Shown: positions 13,676 to 24,704 of the stretch, one piece after another | How the letters are laid out: each line of letters begins with the position of its first letter | Numbering within the stretch: position 1 is the stretch's first letter | NCBI GenBank assembly: GCA_963843015.1 | Contig: CAWJIR010000011.1 | Span: 16 to 64,015 of the forward strand | DNA length: 64,000 bases | Reading direction: 5' to 3' | Source: an uncultured Chloroflexia bacterium | GTDB lineage: Bacteria; Chloroflexota; Limnocylindria; QHBO01 | Position numbers and translations under genes: made by a program | Notes under the pieces: model-generated | Told to the model about the DNA's origin: nothing | Seen by the model: only the letters and a program-made list of their open reading frames with translations | Database searches by the model: none

Positions 13676-14939
13676 ATGACACGGCAAATCCGCAGCGCCG
13701 TCAGCGGTCTGCGTCAGCGGTTCACGGTCGAAGGCTCATCGGCCGACATCGGTGCGGACATGTTCGAGGCCCTCCCGCAGGAGGAGCTCGAAGTCCCACC
13801 CGAGCCCATGGGCCCGATCGCGATCACGGTTCGCGTCGTCGCGGTGGTGCTCGTCGTCGTTCTCGTCCTTGGCCTGCTGTGGCTCCTGCGCGGCCTCGTC
13901 CTGAACACCTTCCTGGCCCTCCTTTTCGCCGCTGGCCTGCTCCCATCCGCGCGCCGACTCGAACGACGGATGTCTCGGCCCGCGGCGGCAATCACGGTCA
14001 ACGTCGTCGTCGTTGGCCTCACCATCGCCATCCTCCTGCTGGCGGCGCGGCCGGCGGTGGCGGCCATCGGATCGTTCATCGCCGCCATTCCTGACCTCGT
14101 CGAGGCGTTCGCCACGTGGCTCCAGGGCCTGATCGGCGCCGAGGCCTACAACCAGCTCGTTCCCGACGACCCGAGCACTGGTTCCCCCTCGGCGGCCTTC
14201 TCAACCTCACGATCTCCACCATCGCGGTCATCGCCAACGTCGTCGTCATCGTGATCATCGAGATCTTCCTGCTCATCGAGCGCCGGCACCTGCTGGATGG
14301 CGTCCTCGAGTTCATGGACCGCGAGGACCAGGCGGCGACCCGCTACATCCTCACCACCGGCATCGACAGCCTGGGGATGTACCTCCGCGGGCTGCTCATC
14401 TCGATGACGTTCATCGGTGTCGCCACCGGGGTCGGGATGCTGCTGATCGGAATCCCGTACGTCCTCCCGATGAGCATCATCGCCTTCTTCACGGCGGCCA
14501 TCCCGTACATCGGTGGACTCTTCGCCCTGGTTCCCATTCTGCTCATCGCGGCCAACGAGGTTGGCCCGCTCGCGGTCGTGCTGATGATCGGATGGCAGGT
14601 CATCATTCAGCAGGTCGAAGGCTCGTACATCACGCCCACGGTCCAGGGCAAGGCGATCAATGTCTCGCCGCTGGTGGTCATGCTCGGCGTGACGGCGGGA
14701 ATCACGCTCGGGGGTCTGGTCGGCGGCATCATCGCGATCCCCATTGCCGCGCTGATCGGCGTCGGACTGCGTGGCGTGGTGATCCCCCTGCGTCGGCGGG
14801 CGGAGGCCCGCGAGCAGGCCCGGCGCGCGGCGTATCTGGCGGCTCGCCAGGCGACCAGCCGAGCCGGCGGCTCCCGACCCGGCGCAAGCCGAGCGGCCGA
14901 TCCGAACGACCGAGCGCATCGGTATCATCCGGCGCGTGA
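13676..14939 (+). CDS. AI-2E family transporter (PerM-like permease), frameshifted
   Basis: Multi-TM. The C-terminal core reads IPYIGGLFALVPILLIA...QQVEGSYITPTVQGKAINVSPLVVMLGV. Fragments are ORFs 13676..14254 and 14116..15327. The 3' end is inferred (TGA 14937-14939, frame of ORF 14592..14939). Confidence 0.8.
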
Positions 14940-14941
14940 CG
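14917..14941 (+). repeat. 25-nt repeat copy 2 (CATCGGTATCATCCGGCGCGTGACG)
   Basis: See 13637..13661. TATCAT at 14923-14928 lies 7 nt upstream of GTG-14936. Confidence 0.85.
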
Positions 14942-15307
14942 CGCGCCGAAGGCATCGCCAAGAAGGGGGACGAGCTGACCGCGGCCGTGCTGCGCCACCT
15001 GCGCCGTGCGCCGAACCGCGAGGTTGCCCTCGACGACCTGGCCGAGGAGCTCGGCATCGAGCCCGAGGCGCTCCAGGTCACCGTCGAGCGCCTCCACCGG
15101 CGCAAGCTGGTGATCGCGCCGTTCGTCGAGCCGGGAAAGGCGGGCGGCGCTCAGCTCACCGAGGTCGGGCTCCGATGGTTGATCGCCCACGAGGGCGGCG
15201 ATCCCCGGGACACGCCGGTGGCCTTCCAACCGGCGACCGGACCGGTCCGGGCCTCCGACGAGGCGGCCCGCCTGCCGCGCGCCCAGGTCTACGGCGTGCG
15301 GCGGTGA
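14936..15307 (+). CDS. small winged-helix (MarR/ArsR-like) DNA-binding protein, hypothetical
   Basis: Intact 123-aa ORF starting at a GTG 7 nt after TATCAT. The HTH-like segment is VALDDLAEELGIEPEALQVTVERLHRRKLV. Confidence 0.5.
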   Translation: MTRAEGIAKKGDELTAAVLRHLRRAPNREVALDDLAEELGIEPEALQVTVERLHRRKLVIAPFVEPGKAGGAQLTEVGLRWLIAHEGGDPRDTPVAFQPATGPVRASDEAARLPRAQVYGVRR

Positions 15308-15323
15308 CCGCGCGCGAGGCGGG

Positions 15324-16141
15324 CTAGACCGCCAGGAACCGCCTCAGGAACTGCCGGGTCCGGTCGTCGGTCGGGTCGTTCGAGCACCTTCTCCGGCGGC
15401 CCCTCCTCCACGATCCCGGCCCTCCTCCAGGAACACGACGCGGTCGGCGGCCTCGCGGGCGAAGTGGAGCTCATGGGTGACGACGATCATCGTCGCGCCC
15501 TCGTGGGCCAGCGCCTCCATGACGTGGAGCACCTCCCCGATGAGGTCCGGGTCCAGCGCGCTGGTCGGCTCGTCGAAGAGGAGCACCTTCGGCTCCATGC
15601 ACAACGCTCGCGCGATGGCCACCCGCTGCTTCTGGCCGCCGGACAGGCGGGCCGGGTACTCGTCGCGCTTCTCGGCCAGGCCCACCTTGGCGAGGTATGC
15701 CTCGGCCCGCGCCATGGCCTCCGCCTTCGATACGCCGAGGACCCGGGTCGGCGCCTCGATCAGGTTGGCCAGGACGCTCATGTGGGGGAAGAGGTTGAAC
15801 TCCTGGAACACCATCCCGGCTCGGATCCGAATCTGGCGAATCTGCTCGAGGTGCGCCCGGCTGCGCGCGTGCATCGGATCGGCATCCACCCGAACGCCAT
15901 CGATCTCGATCGAGCCGGCGCTCGGTTCCTCGAGGAAGTTCACGCAGCGGAGGAACGTCGTCTTGCCGCTTCCCGAGCGGCCGATGAGCATGACCGCCTC
16001 GCCCTGGCGGACGTCCATGTCGATGCCGCGGAGGACGTGGTTGTGGCCGAAGTACTTCTCGATGGCGGTCGGCGCGGACGACGGGCTCGCCCAGGTGCGG
16101 GGCGTCGATCGGGTGGCTGATGGCGTGGTCGAGGCGGTCAT
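15324..16141 (-). CDS. polar amino-acid ABC transporter ATP-binding protein
   Basis: Walker [10 protein letters not shown], signature [15 protein letters not shown], Walker [12 protein letters not shown]. The C-terminus ([11 protein letters not shown]) is recovered by frame switches near 15440 and ~15365. Confidence 0.9.
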
Positions 16142-16951
16142 CGGTCACCCCTCGCCATGCGCCGCTCGAGTCGCTGCTGGAAGTAGCTGAACACGATGGT
16201 CAGGACCCAGTAGATCGCGGCGGCAATGATGCAGCGCCTCCAGGCTCCGGAAGTTCTGCCGCCCCACCAGCTGGGAGCGGAAGAGCAGCTCCTCGACGGC
16301 GAGGATCGACACGAGCGAGGAGTCCTTGAGCATCGCCACGAAGTCGTTGCCGATGGCCGGGATCACGATTCGGAAGGCCTGTGGCATGACGACCCGCCAC
16401 ATGACCATGCCGCTCGTGCATGCCCAGGGCCTGGGCGGCCTCCCGTTGTCCGCGCGGGACGGCCTGGATGCCGGCGCGGAAGATCTCGGTCATGTATGCG
16501 CCGTAGTTGAAGCTCAGGGCGATGATGCCGGCGGGTATGGCGGGCAGGACGATCCCGACCTGGGGCAGGGCCAGGTAGATGAAGTAGATCTGCACGATGA
16601 GCGGCGTGCCGCGGACGAGCGACACGTACAGCGAAGCGATGCCGTTCACGAAGGCGTTGCGGGACAGGCGGCCAATGGCGCCCACGAGGGCCAGGAGCGT
16701 GGCGAAGACGATCGACACACCGGAGACGAGGAGCGTGAGGCCGGCTCCGCCGACGATGAACGGCCCCCACTCCGCAATGAACGCGGTGTCGATGTTGTCG
16801 GTCGACCACAGGCCAACGCAGGAGGAGGCCGATCAGCGCGATCCAGGTCGCGATGAACTTCAGTCTGGAAGACGAGCCGAGCTCGCTCCTGGCCGGCCTC
16901 CATCTGGTCCGGCAGCGAGGCCGGTGCGGGGGTTCCGACCGCTACGGTCAT
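16138..16951 (-). CDS. amino-acid ABC transporter permease (frameshifted)
   Basis: [17 protein letters not shown] and the EAA-type loop [15 protein letters not shown] lies 6 nt before ATG-16951. The stop overlaps the ATPase start (ATGA at 16138-16141). Confidence 0.85.
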
Positions 16952-17029
16952 GGCAGGCACCTCATGTGAACAGGGAGGGCGGGGATGTCGACATCCCCGC
17001 CCTCGGACGGTGTGGTTGGCCGGCTTCGG

Positions 17030-17896
17030 TCAGTCGGCGGACGGATCCTGGGTGAGGTCCCCCCCGAACCATTCCTCGCTGAGGCTGGTCAGGGTGCCGT
17101 CGGCGTGCATCTCCCCGATGATCCGATCGATCTCGAACAGGAGAGCGGCATGCTCGGGTCCGGCCTTGTCGATGGCGACTGACAGGTTCTCGGTGAAGAT
17201 CGGCTCGCCGATCTTGACGATCGGCTGCCCGGAGTCGATGGCGCCATCAATGACCGTTCCGGAGGTGATCAGGAGGTCGAACTCGGTTCGACCGGCCTGG
17301 ATGTCCTCGATGCAGTTCGCATCGGTCGGGCGGGTGATGGCCTCGACGCCCTCGGGCAGCTCGAACGGCAGGTCGCCGAGCTCGGTCACACCCGAGTCGG
17401 TGCTCGCCGCGAGGTAGGCGGGGGTGTAGTAGTACGGCTGCGTGAAGCTGAAGAGGTCCTTGCGGTCGGTCGGTGATCGTCATCGACCCCACGCTGATAT
17501 CCCAGCGCTCGGCCCAGCTGCCGGCGGTGATGATGTCCCACTCCACGTGCTGGAACTCCGGCTCGACGCCAAGGCCCTCGGCAATCGCCGTGCCGACGTC
17601 GATGTCGAATCCAACCCACGAGCCGTCAGGCTCACGGAAGGACTGCGGCTCGTAGTTCGGCATCGGTCGAGATGCGGAGGACGCCAGTTGCCTTGCACGG
17701 TCTCGAGCAGGTCACCGGCGGCGTCCGCCTCCTCGATGGGGTCCTGCACATCGGGCAGGAAGTCTCCGTTCAGCCAGTCGAGATAGGTCGTCGCCTCGCC
17801 GACGCAGACGGCGGCTGGAATCTCGGCAGCCTGCTCGCAGGCGGCGACGAAAAGAAGGCCGGCCAGCAGGGCCGCCCCACGGCGAGTGGTGCTCAT
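17030..17896 (-). CDS. amino-acid ABC transporter substrate-binding lipoprotein (frameshifted)
   Basis: GAAGGAGGG SD lies before ATG-17896. Lipobox LLFVAAC. The family-3 SBP-like core is spread over ORFs 17480..17896, 17247..17663 and 17030..17389. Confidence 0.82.
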
Positions 17897-18008
17897 GAAC
17901 CCTCCTTCGGTGCGCCTCCCGTCGGGCAGGACGGTGCGCTCGTATGTAGGGCGTGGTGTACCACGGCGGCGACCTCGGCGGCAAGGTTTCCACGCGTGAC
18001 GCGACTGC

Positions 18009-18014
18009 TAGCAT
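18009..18014 (+). promoter_or_regulatory. -10 hexamer TAGCAT, 7 nt upstream of ATG-18022
   Basis: TANNNT lies directly before the start codon, with no SD. Confidence 0.5.
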
Positions 18015-18021
18015 GCCGCGG

Positions 18022-19934
18022 ATGTCGGCCCTGTCCAGCCGTCCCCTGCTCATCTTCGCGTTGGTGGTGGCGGTCGGAATCGCGGTCTGGGCGGCGGCCA
18101 CGGTCCTCATCGAGCCCGACCCCACCTTCGTCACGCGAGCGGGCCTGTCCGAACAGCGACTTCAACTGCGTCGATCATCCGCGTCCCGCGTGACCACTTC
18201 GTGGCCGACAGCCCGACCTGGGAGGTGACCTTCGCCATCCATCGAGCCACCGAGACGCCGCGCGCAGGGCGTGATCGTCATCGCCACCGGCGGACCGGGG
18301 ACCTCCGGGGTCGCCGTCGCGGACGACTACACCTCGTACTTCGACCCGAAGATCCCCGAGCGCTACGACATCGTGTTCTTCGACCAGCGGGGGATCGGCC
18401 GCTCGCAGCCACTCCAATGCCCGAACGCGTCGCTCGCCTGGTAACGACACCGACGTGCTGCCGACCGTCCTCGAGCGCGGAGGCCGAGGCCTACGCCGAG
18501 GCCGCCGAGCGCTACGTCGCGGACTGCCTGGCGGAGACCGGGGTGGATCCCGCGACCCTGGGGCAGTACGCCACCGCGCAGGCGGCCGAGGACCTCGTCG
18601 TCTTCCTCGACTGGCTCGACGCCGAGCAGGTCGACCTCTACGGCGAGAGCTACGGGACCCAGTACGCCCAGGTCTTCGCCACCGCGCACCCGGACCGTGT
18701 CCAGGCCCTGTTCCTCGATGGCCCGGTCGACCTGACCGTGCAGGGGACCGAGTACCACGTCGAGGCGGCGACCGCCCACGGCGAGACGCTGGCCATGATC
18801 CTGGACCTGTGCACCGCGGACGACGCCTGTCGGAGCGGACGTCGAAGGCGGTGATGCCCTGGCGGTCTACGATGCGCTCGTGGACGAGCTCGACGCCGGA
18901 CCGATGACCTTCGACTTCGTCACCGACAGCCGGTGCCGTGGAGGAACGCGAGTTCTCGCTGCCGACCTCGAGACGGCGGTGGCGGACAACGTGACGCCGA
19001 CCTTCTGGCGGATGCTCCTCCAGCGTGCGATGGCCCACGCCTCGCGCGGCGAGGTGCTGCCCCTGGCCCGCCTCGGCTACTCTGGCCGTGGGCCAGGACC
19101 CCGACACGCTCGACCTCGATTCCGGACCTCACCTGGTCCGACGCGCTGTATTACGCGGTCGACTGCTCCGACTACGCCTTCGGCGAGGGATCGGCGGTGG
19201 ATCGCGCGGAGCAGTACTTCGCCGCTGGCACGGCTGCGGGCGTGGACGAGCTCCGCCTCGGAGCGGTCTACTACGGCAACCTGCCCTGCGTCTACGTGGC
19301 CCGTCCACGGCCCCGAGCGGCGCCCGGGCTACCTGGGCGACACGCCGTACCCGCTCTTCGTGCATGGCCTCCACGTGCGGACCCGGCCACGCCGTACGTC
19401 GGCGGCTGAACGGATCGTGGAGCAGCACGGCAATGCGTACTTCATCGTCCAGCCCGGCGGGCCCCACGTCATCTACCTCCGCGGCAACCCGTGCCCCGAC
19501 GACATCATCGCCGCCTACCTGCTCGACGGGGAGCTGCCGGAACGGATGACGACCTGCGACCTGCCGGCCGTGGACCCGTACGTGCCCATCCCCGCCGCGT
19601 CCGTCGACGACTACGAGACCACGCTCGAGGCCCTGTCCGCGGTCGATGACGAGATCAACAACGACCCGGACTACTGGGACTGGGACACGCTCCAGCCGCT
19701 GACCGTCGGGTGCCTGTTCGGCGGCACGGTCACCTACGCCGCGACCGACAGCGGGTACGACGTCACGCTCGAGCGACTGCGCCTACTCCGATGGCCTGGC
19801 CCTGACCGGGGACGCGGTCATCGACGACGAGCAGGGCACGTTCACCCTGGAGGCCACAGCAGCCGAGGGGCGGCGCCATGACGTACGAGCGCGCGGCAGA
19901 CGGCGAGCGAGTCGCATCCGGTGACCTGCCGTGA
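18022..19934 (+). CDS. secreted alpha/beta hydrolase (tripeptidyl-aminopeptidase / S33-like), heavily frameshifted
   Basis: The N-terminal TM is MSALSSRPLLIFALVVAVGIAVW. Oxyanion-type motif GGPGTSG and nucleophile elbow GESYGTQYAQ are present. Fragments are ORFs 17953..18228, 18201..18854, 18880..19881 and others. The inferred stop overlaps the next start (GTGA at 19931-19934). Confidence 0.7.
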
Positions 19935-21052
19935 CCGCCGCGCTCGCCGCCGACCACGGTCCCCCTCGCCCGGGCCGCGACCATCCCGTCGCGCTTCTAT
20001 CTCGATCCGGCCATCCTCGAGGCGGAGAAGGATCGGATCTTCAGCCGCACCTGGCAGCTCGTGGCCCGCACCGAGGACCTGACCCGGGTGGGCGACTTCG
20101 TGCCGGCCTCCATCGTCGACGAGCCCATCGTCATCACCCACGGCCTCGACGGGGAGCTGCGCGGCTTCTACAACGTCTGCCGCCACCGGGCCGGCCAGGT
20201 GGCCCTGGCCCGGGGCAACCGGAAGAGCCTCCAGTGCCGCTACCACGGCTGGACGTACGGGCTGGACGGCACGCTGCGCGCCTGTCCCGAGATGGAGGCC
20301 ACCGAGGACTTCCGCAAGGAGGACTTCGGGCTGGTCCCGATTCGCGTCGAACGCTGGGGACCGTTCGTCTTCGCGAACCTCGATGCCGAGCGCGCCGCCG
20401 CTCGGGGACGTGCTGGGCGCCATCCCCGGCGAGGTCGACGGCCGCCGGCTTCGACATCGACCACATGCGCCTCGTGGAGCGGCGCGAGTACGTGATCGAC
20501 TGCAACTGGAAGGTCTACGTCGACAACTACCTCGAGGGGTACCACCTCCCGATCGCCCACCCGGCGCTGTTCAAGGAGGTCGACTACGACGCCTACCGGG
20601 TCGAGGAGTTCCGCTACTACTCCAAGCAGCACGCCCCCATCCGCGACCTGAAGCCGGGCGAGGAGGTCGGCCGGGACCGGCGCTTCATGCGCACCGGCGA
20701 CGGCGAGGACAGCGCCCTGTACTACTGGGTCTTCCCGAACACGATGTTCAACATCTACCCCGACAACCTGTCCTCGAACGTCATCCTGCCCCTCGGGCAC
20801 GAGCGGACGCTGACGATCTTCGAGTGGTTCTTCGCCGAGCCGGGCACCGGCCCGGGGTGGGAGTCCATGCAGCAGGGGATCGCCTTCTCGGACGAGATCC
20901 AGCAGGAGGACATCGTCCTCTGCGAGCAGGTTCAGCGCGGCCTGCGCTCGCGCGCCTACGACAGCGGCCGATTCAGCGCCCTCCGCGAGAACGGCGTCTA
21001 CCACTTCCAGAACCTGGTCCGCGAGTTCCTGGACGGAGCGGCGGACTCATGA
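19931..21052 (+). CDS. Rieske [2Fe-2S] aromatic-ring-hydroxylating oxygenase alpha subunit-like protein
   Basis: The Rieske motif CRHRAG...CRYHGWTY is in ORF 20061..20495. The catalytic domain (NWKVYVDNYLEGYHLPIAHP) is in ORF 19931..21052. At least 2 frame switches. Confidence 0.85.
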   Translation: MTAALAADHGPPRPGRDHPVALLSRSGHPRGGEGSDLQPHLAARGPHRGPDPGGRLRAGLHRRRAHRHHPRPRRGAARLLQRLPPPGRPGGPGPGQPEEPPVPLPRLDVRAGRHAARLSRDGGHRGLPQGGLRAGPDSRRTLGTVRLREPRCRARRRSGTCWAPSPARSTAAGFDIDHMRLVERREYVIDCNWKVYVDNYLEGYHLPIAHPALFKEVDYDAYRVEEFRYYSKQHAPIRDLKPGEEVGRDRRFMRTGDGEDSALYYWVFPNTMFNIYPDNLSSNVILPLGHERTLTIFEWFFAEPGTGPGWESMQQGIAFSDEIQQEDIVLCEQVQRGLRSRAYDSGRFSALRENGVYHFQNLVREFLDGAADS

Positions 21053-21941
21053 GCGCGGTGAGACGGACCGATGGACGGCTGACCGTGGCCCTCGTCAGCG
21101 AGGTCTTCTGGCAGCCCGACGGCCTCGGCCGTCTCGACCAGCGGCTGGACGAGGCCGCTCGGCGGGGAGCGGACATCGCCCTCCTGCCGGAGCTGCCGCT
21201 CCACCCGTGGCGGCCCGCCACCAAGGACGCGGTCGACGACGACGCGGAGCCGATGGGTGGCCCCCGGATGACCGCCCAGGCGGAGGCGGCGCGCACGCGC
21301 GAAGATCGGCCTGGTGGGCGGGATCATCCATCGCGACGAGCGACGGGCGGCGGACGAGCCGCGCCCTCGTCTTCGACGCCGACGGGGAGCTGGTGTCGAC
21401 GTTCGAGAAGCTCCATCTCCCCGAGGAGCCCGGCTTCTGGGAGACGAGCCACTACGAGCCCGGGACGGCGGTGGCGCGCCCGATCGACGCGTTCGGGATG
21501 CCCATCGGTCTGCAGATCTGCTCCGACACGAACCGGCCAGAGGGCTCGCACCTGCTCGCCGCCCTCGGGGCGGAGGCGATCCTCATCCCGCGCGCCTCGG
21601 AGGAGAAGACGTACCAGCGCTGGAAGGTCGTCTTCCGCGCCAATGCGCTGACCTCGGCGGCGTACGTCCTGTCGGTCAACCGCCCGGATCCCGAGGGCGG
21701 CGTCCTGATCGGCGGGCCGTCGGTCGCGGTGGACCCCAGCGGCCACACCCTGGTCGAGACGACCGACCGGATGGCCCTCGTCACCCTCGAGCACGAGGTC
21801 GTCGCCCAGGCCCGGGTGGACTATCCCGGCTATCTCCCGGTCTGGGCGCGACTGTACGGCGAGGCGTGGGGCGAGGTCGCCGCGTCGGCGCCGCCGCCGA
21901 GTTGGCGGCGAAGGGGGAGGGCGCCTACTCGGTCAGGATGA
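21049..21941 (+). CDS. carbon-nitrogen hydrolase (nitrilase superfamily) protein
   Basis: The start overlaps the Rieske stop (ATGA). ALLPEL, KLHLPEEPGFWE and LQICSDTNRPE match the Glu/Lys/Cys triad context. Fragments are ORFs 20383..21651 and 21207..21941. Confidence 0.8.
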
Positions 21942-22641
21942 ACGTGCCCTGGGCCAGCAGCTCGGTGCCGCGATAGACCCGCATCACGAAGGTCCCGGCC
22001 CCCAGCGGATCAAGCAGGGCGTTGGTCGGCACCGTGAAGCCGTCGACGGTGGCCTCCGGGTCGATTCCGGTGAGCAGGTTCTCCTCCGGGTCGATCACCA
22101 GCGTCTCCGACCCATCCTCGTTGATCCGCGACACGCCCTCGCCGATCTGGGTCACCCCGAACGGCGCGGTCAGCTCGATCGAGTGGCAGAAGGTGGTCCC
22201 CGGGGCGAAGGTATCGGTCGGGTTGGTCACCCGCTGGGTCTCGGCGTTCAGGCCGAGGCCAAAGGTGAGGGTGCCCGGCAGGGCCGGCGGCAGGCTGGCT
22301 GATGGATCAGCCGAGGCGCTCGCATCCGGTGTGCCGACGGCGGGAGTCGTCTTCAGCGCTCGCCGATGCATTCGGCGTGGGCGTGGCGACCGCGATGGGC
22401 GGCGCCGGGGGCAGGATGCCGCCAATGATGAGGCCGATGACGATGGCGGCCAGCGATCGTCCCCAGCGCCCCGCCGATGGCCAGCAGCGATCCCTGGTCA
22501 AGCTCGGCGATCGGGCCCGGAAGGGCGGCCGATGACTCGGTCGTCGCCTGGCGGATCTGGGCCCCACAGGACCGGCACACCGTTGCCCACGCCGGGTTGG
22601 CGCGGCCGCAATTCGCGCACTCCACGGAATCCCTCGGCCAT
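21925..22641 (-). CDS. zinc-ribbon / single-TM / extracytoplasmic-domain protein, hypothetical
   Basis: The N-terminus CANCGRANPAWATVCRSCG is in ORF 22353..22625. The TM is AAIVIGLIIGGIL. The C-terminal domain is in ORF 21925..22425. TAGGCT lies 8 nt before ATG-22641. Confidence 0.5.
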
Positions 22642-22668
22642 CGCCGGGGAGCCTAGCACGGTGGCTGG

Positions 22669-23712
22669 CTAGGCCCGAACCTCCTCGCGCATGAAGCGGA
22701 TGTAGGCGTAGGCGAAGCACAGGACCGTCACCGCGACCATGGCCACGACGTGGGGCCAGACGAGCAGCAGGCTCTGGTCGAGGGAGAGCAGGGTCGGGAA
22801 TCTGCTGCTGGGCCTGGTCCAGCTGGCCGAGGGTGGCCGGGACCGATGTCTGGGTCACCGACGGGTTCAGGATGACGGTCGATGCCTCGGCGTAGAGCGT
22901 CGGCGGCAGGAGCCGATTGAGGAAGGCCTGGCCCTGGTAGCCGGCCAGCTGATCAGCGGCGGGGAGGGTCGTGTCGATCGGGAAGACGATGCCAAGGACG
23001 AGGTTCAGGAGGAACTGCCCGAACAGCGCGACGAGCAGCCAGACCCCGAAACCGACGAGGGCCGCGGTGGCCGCGCGCTTGAACAGGACCGACAGGAGCA
23101 TCCCGAACGCGAGCCACATCGCGACGTACAGGATCGTGACCGCTACCCAGATGACGAGGCGCAGCACCTCGGACCCGGTCGGGACGACGCCCAGCCGCAG
23201 GAGGCCGAAGCCGGAGATCATCACCACCACCGACACGAGGACGATCGAGATCGTGACCAGGGCGGCGCCGAACTTGCCGTTGATGACCGCGTCGCGATGG
23301 ATGGGCTGGGCCACCAGGCGGGGGAGCGTGCCCTGGGCCCGCTCGCCGTTCACCGAGTCGAACGCGAAGGCGATCCCCAGCAGCGGCGCGGTGAGGCCGA
23401 CGAAGGCGGCGACCGTGAAGTCGAGGCCGAAGAGCGAGAAGTCCTGGCGGACCGATGATGAACATGGCGATGAACACCGCCTGCGCCCCGCTGGCGTCCT
23501 GCGCGAGGTCGCGGATCCGCTCGGCGGCGATGAACAGCGGGAAGGCGGCGGCGAGGCCCAGGATCGCGAACAGGACGATGAAGCGGACGCTCAGCAGCTG
23601 GTCCGCGAACTCCTTGGCGGCGACCACCAGCCAGCCGGAGGACGGCGGAGCCGAGGGCGCCTGCGGTGCTGCCGGCGTCGTGGCGGCCGGTCACCGGTTC
23701 GGCGGTCGTCAT
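22669..23712 (-). CDS. ABC-2 type transporter permease (frameshifted)
   Basis: Multi-TM. NGERAQGTLPRLVAQPIHRDAVINGKF is typical of ABC-2/NosY-like permeases. Fragments are ORFs 23350..23712, 22953..23627 and 22307..23353. Confidence 0.72.
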
Positions 23713-24704
23713 GCGGCCAGCCCCGCGCCATGGAGCGCGCTGCGATAGATCTCGTCCAGCGACGACTTGACGGATCGGATGGCGGTCAGCCCCAGCTGGT
23801 CCCGGGCAGCGGCCGCCAGCACCGCCTCGCGAACCCCGCGGTCCGCGTCAGCCGGCTCGACGGTCAGGGTCCACGGATCCGCCGGTCCGACACCGGGGAC
23901 GACCGCCGAGACGTTGGGAATGGCGTCCATCGTGCGTCCGGATCCGATCCGCCGTGGGGCCATCGGCGCCTTCGAACGAGACCTCGACCTGGGCCCGATC
24001 GGCCCCGAATTCGGCCGCCAGCTCGGGCACCGTGCCGAGCCCGATCAGCCGCCCCGCGGCGAAGATGCCGACCCGGTCGCAGACCGACTGGACCTGGGCC
24101 AGCAGGTGGCTGGAGAGGAGGATCGTCACGCCCCGCTCGTCGACGAGGTTCCGGAGCAGTCCGAGGATGTCGACCACGCCGATGGGATCGATGGCCGTGG
24201 TCGGCTCGTCGAGGATCAGGATCTCCGGGTCCTTGACCAGGGCGTCGGCGATGCCGAGCCGCTGGAGCATGCCGCGGGAGTAGGTGCCGGTCGGGGTGTC
24301 GACCCGGTCGACCAGCTCGACCGCCTCGGTGACCTCCTGGATCCGCTCCTCGGCGTCCGCGCCGCGCAGCCCGTTCAGGCGCGCCGTGTAGCGCAGGTTC
24401 TCGCGCCCGGTGAGGTCGTCGTAGAAGCCCACGCGTCGGGCAGGTAGCCGACCCGCCGCTTGACCTGGAGCGCGTCGTGGGCCGGGTCGAAGCCCAGGAC
24501 CCGCGCCGTGCCATCGCTCGGCTCGGTGAGCCCCAGCAGCATGAGGATGGTCGTCGTCTTGCCCGCCCCGTTCTGGCCGAGCAGGCCGAAGATCTCGCCC
24601 CGCCGCAGCTCGAGGTCGAGGCCGTCGACGGCGGTGAGGTCGCCGTAGTGCTTGGTCAGCCCGCGCGTGACGATCGGCGCGGGCCGGTCGGCGTCGGCGC
24701 TCAC
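23709..24704 (-). CDS. ABC transporter ATP-binding protein
   Basis: Walker [11 protein letters not shown], signature [12 protein letters not shown], Walker [13 protein letters not shown] overlaps the permease start, and GTGA overlaps the upstream gene. Confidence 0.9.
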
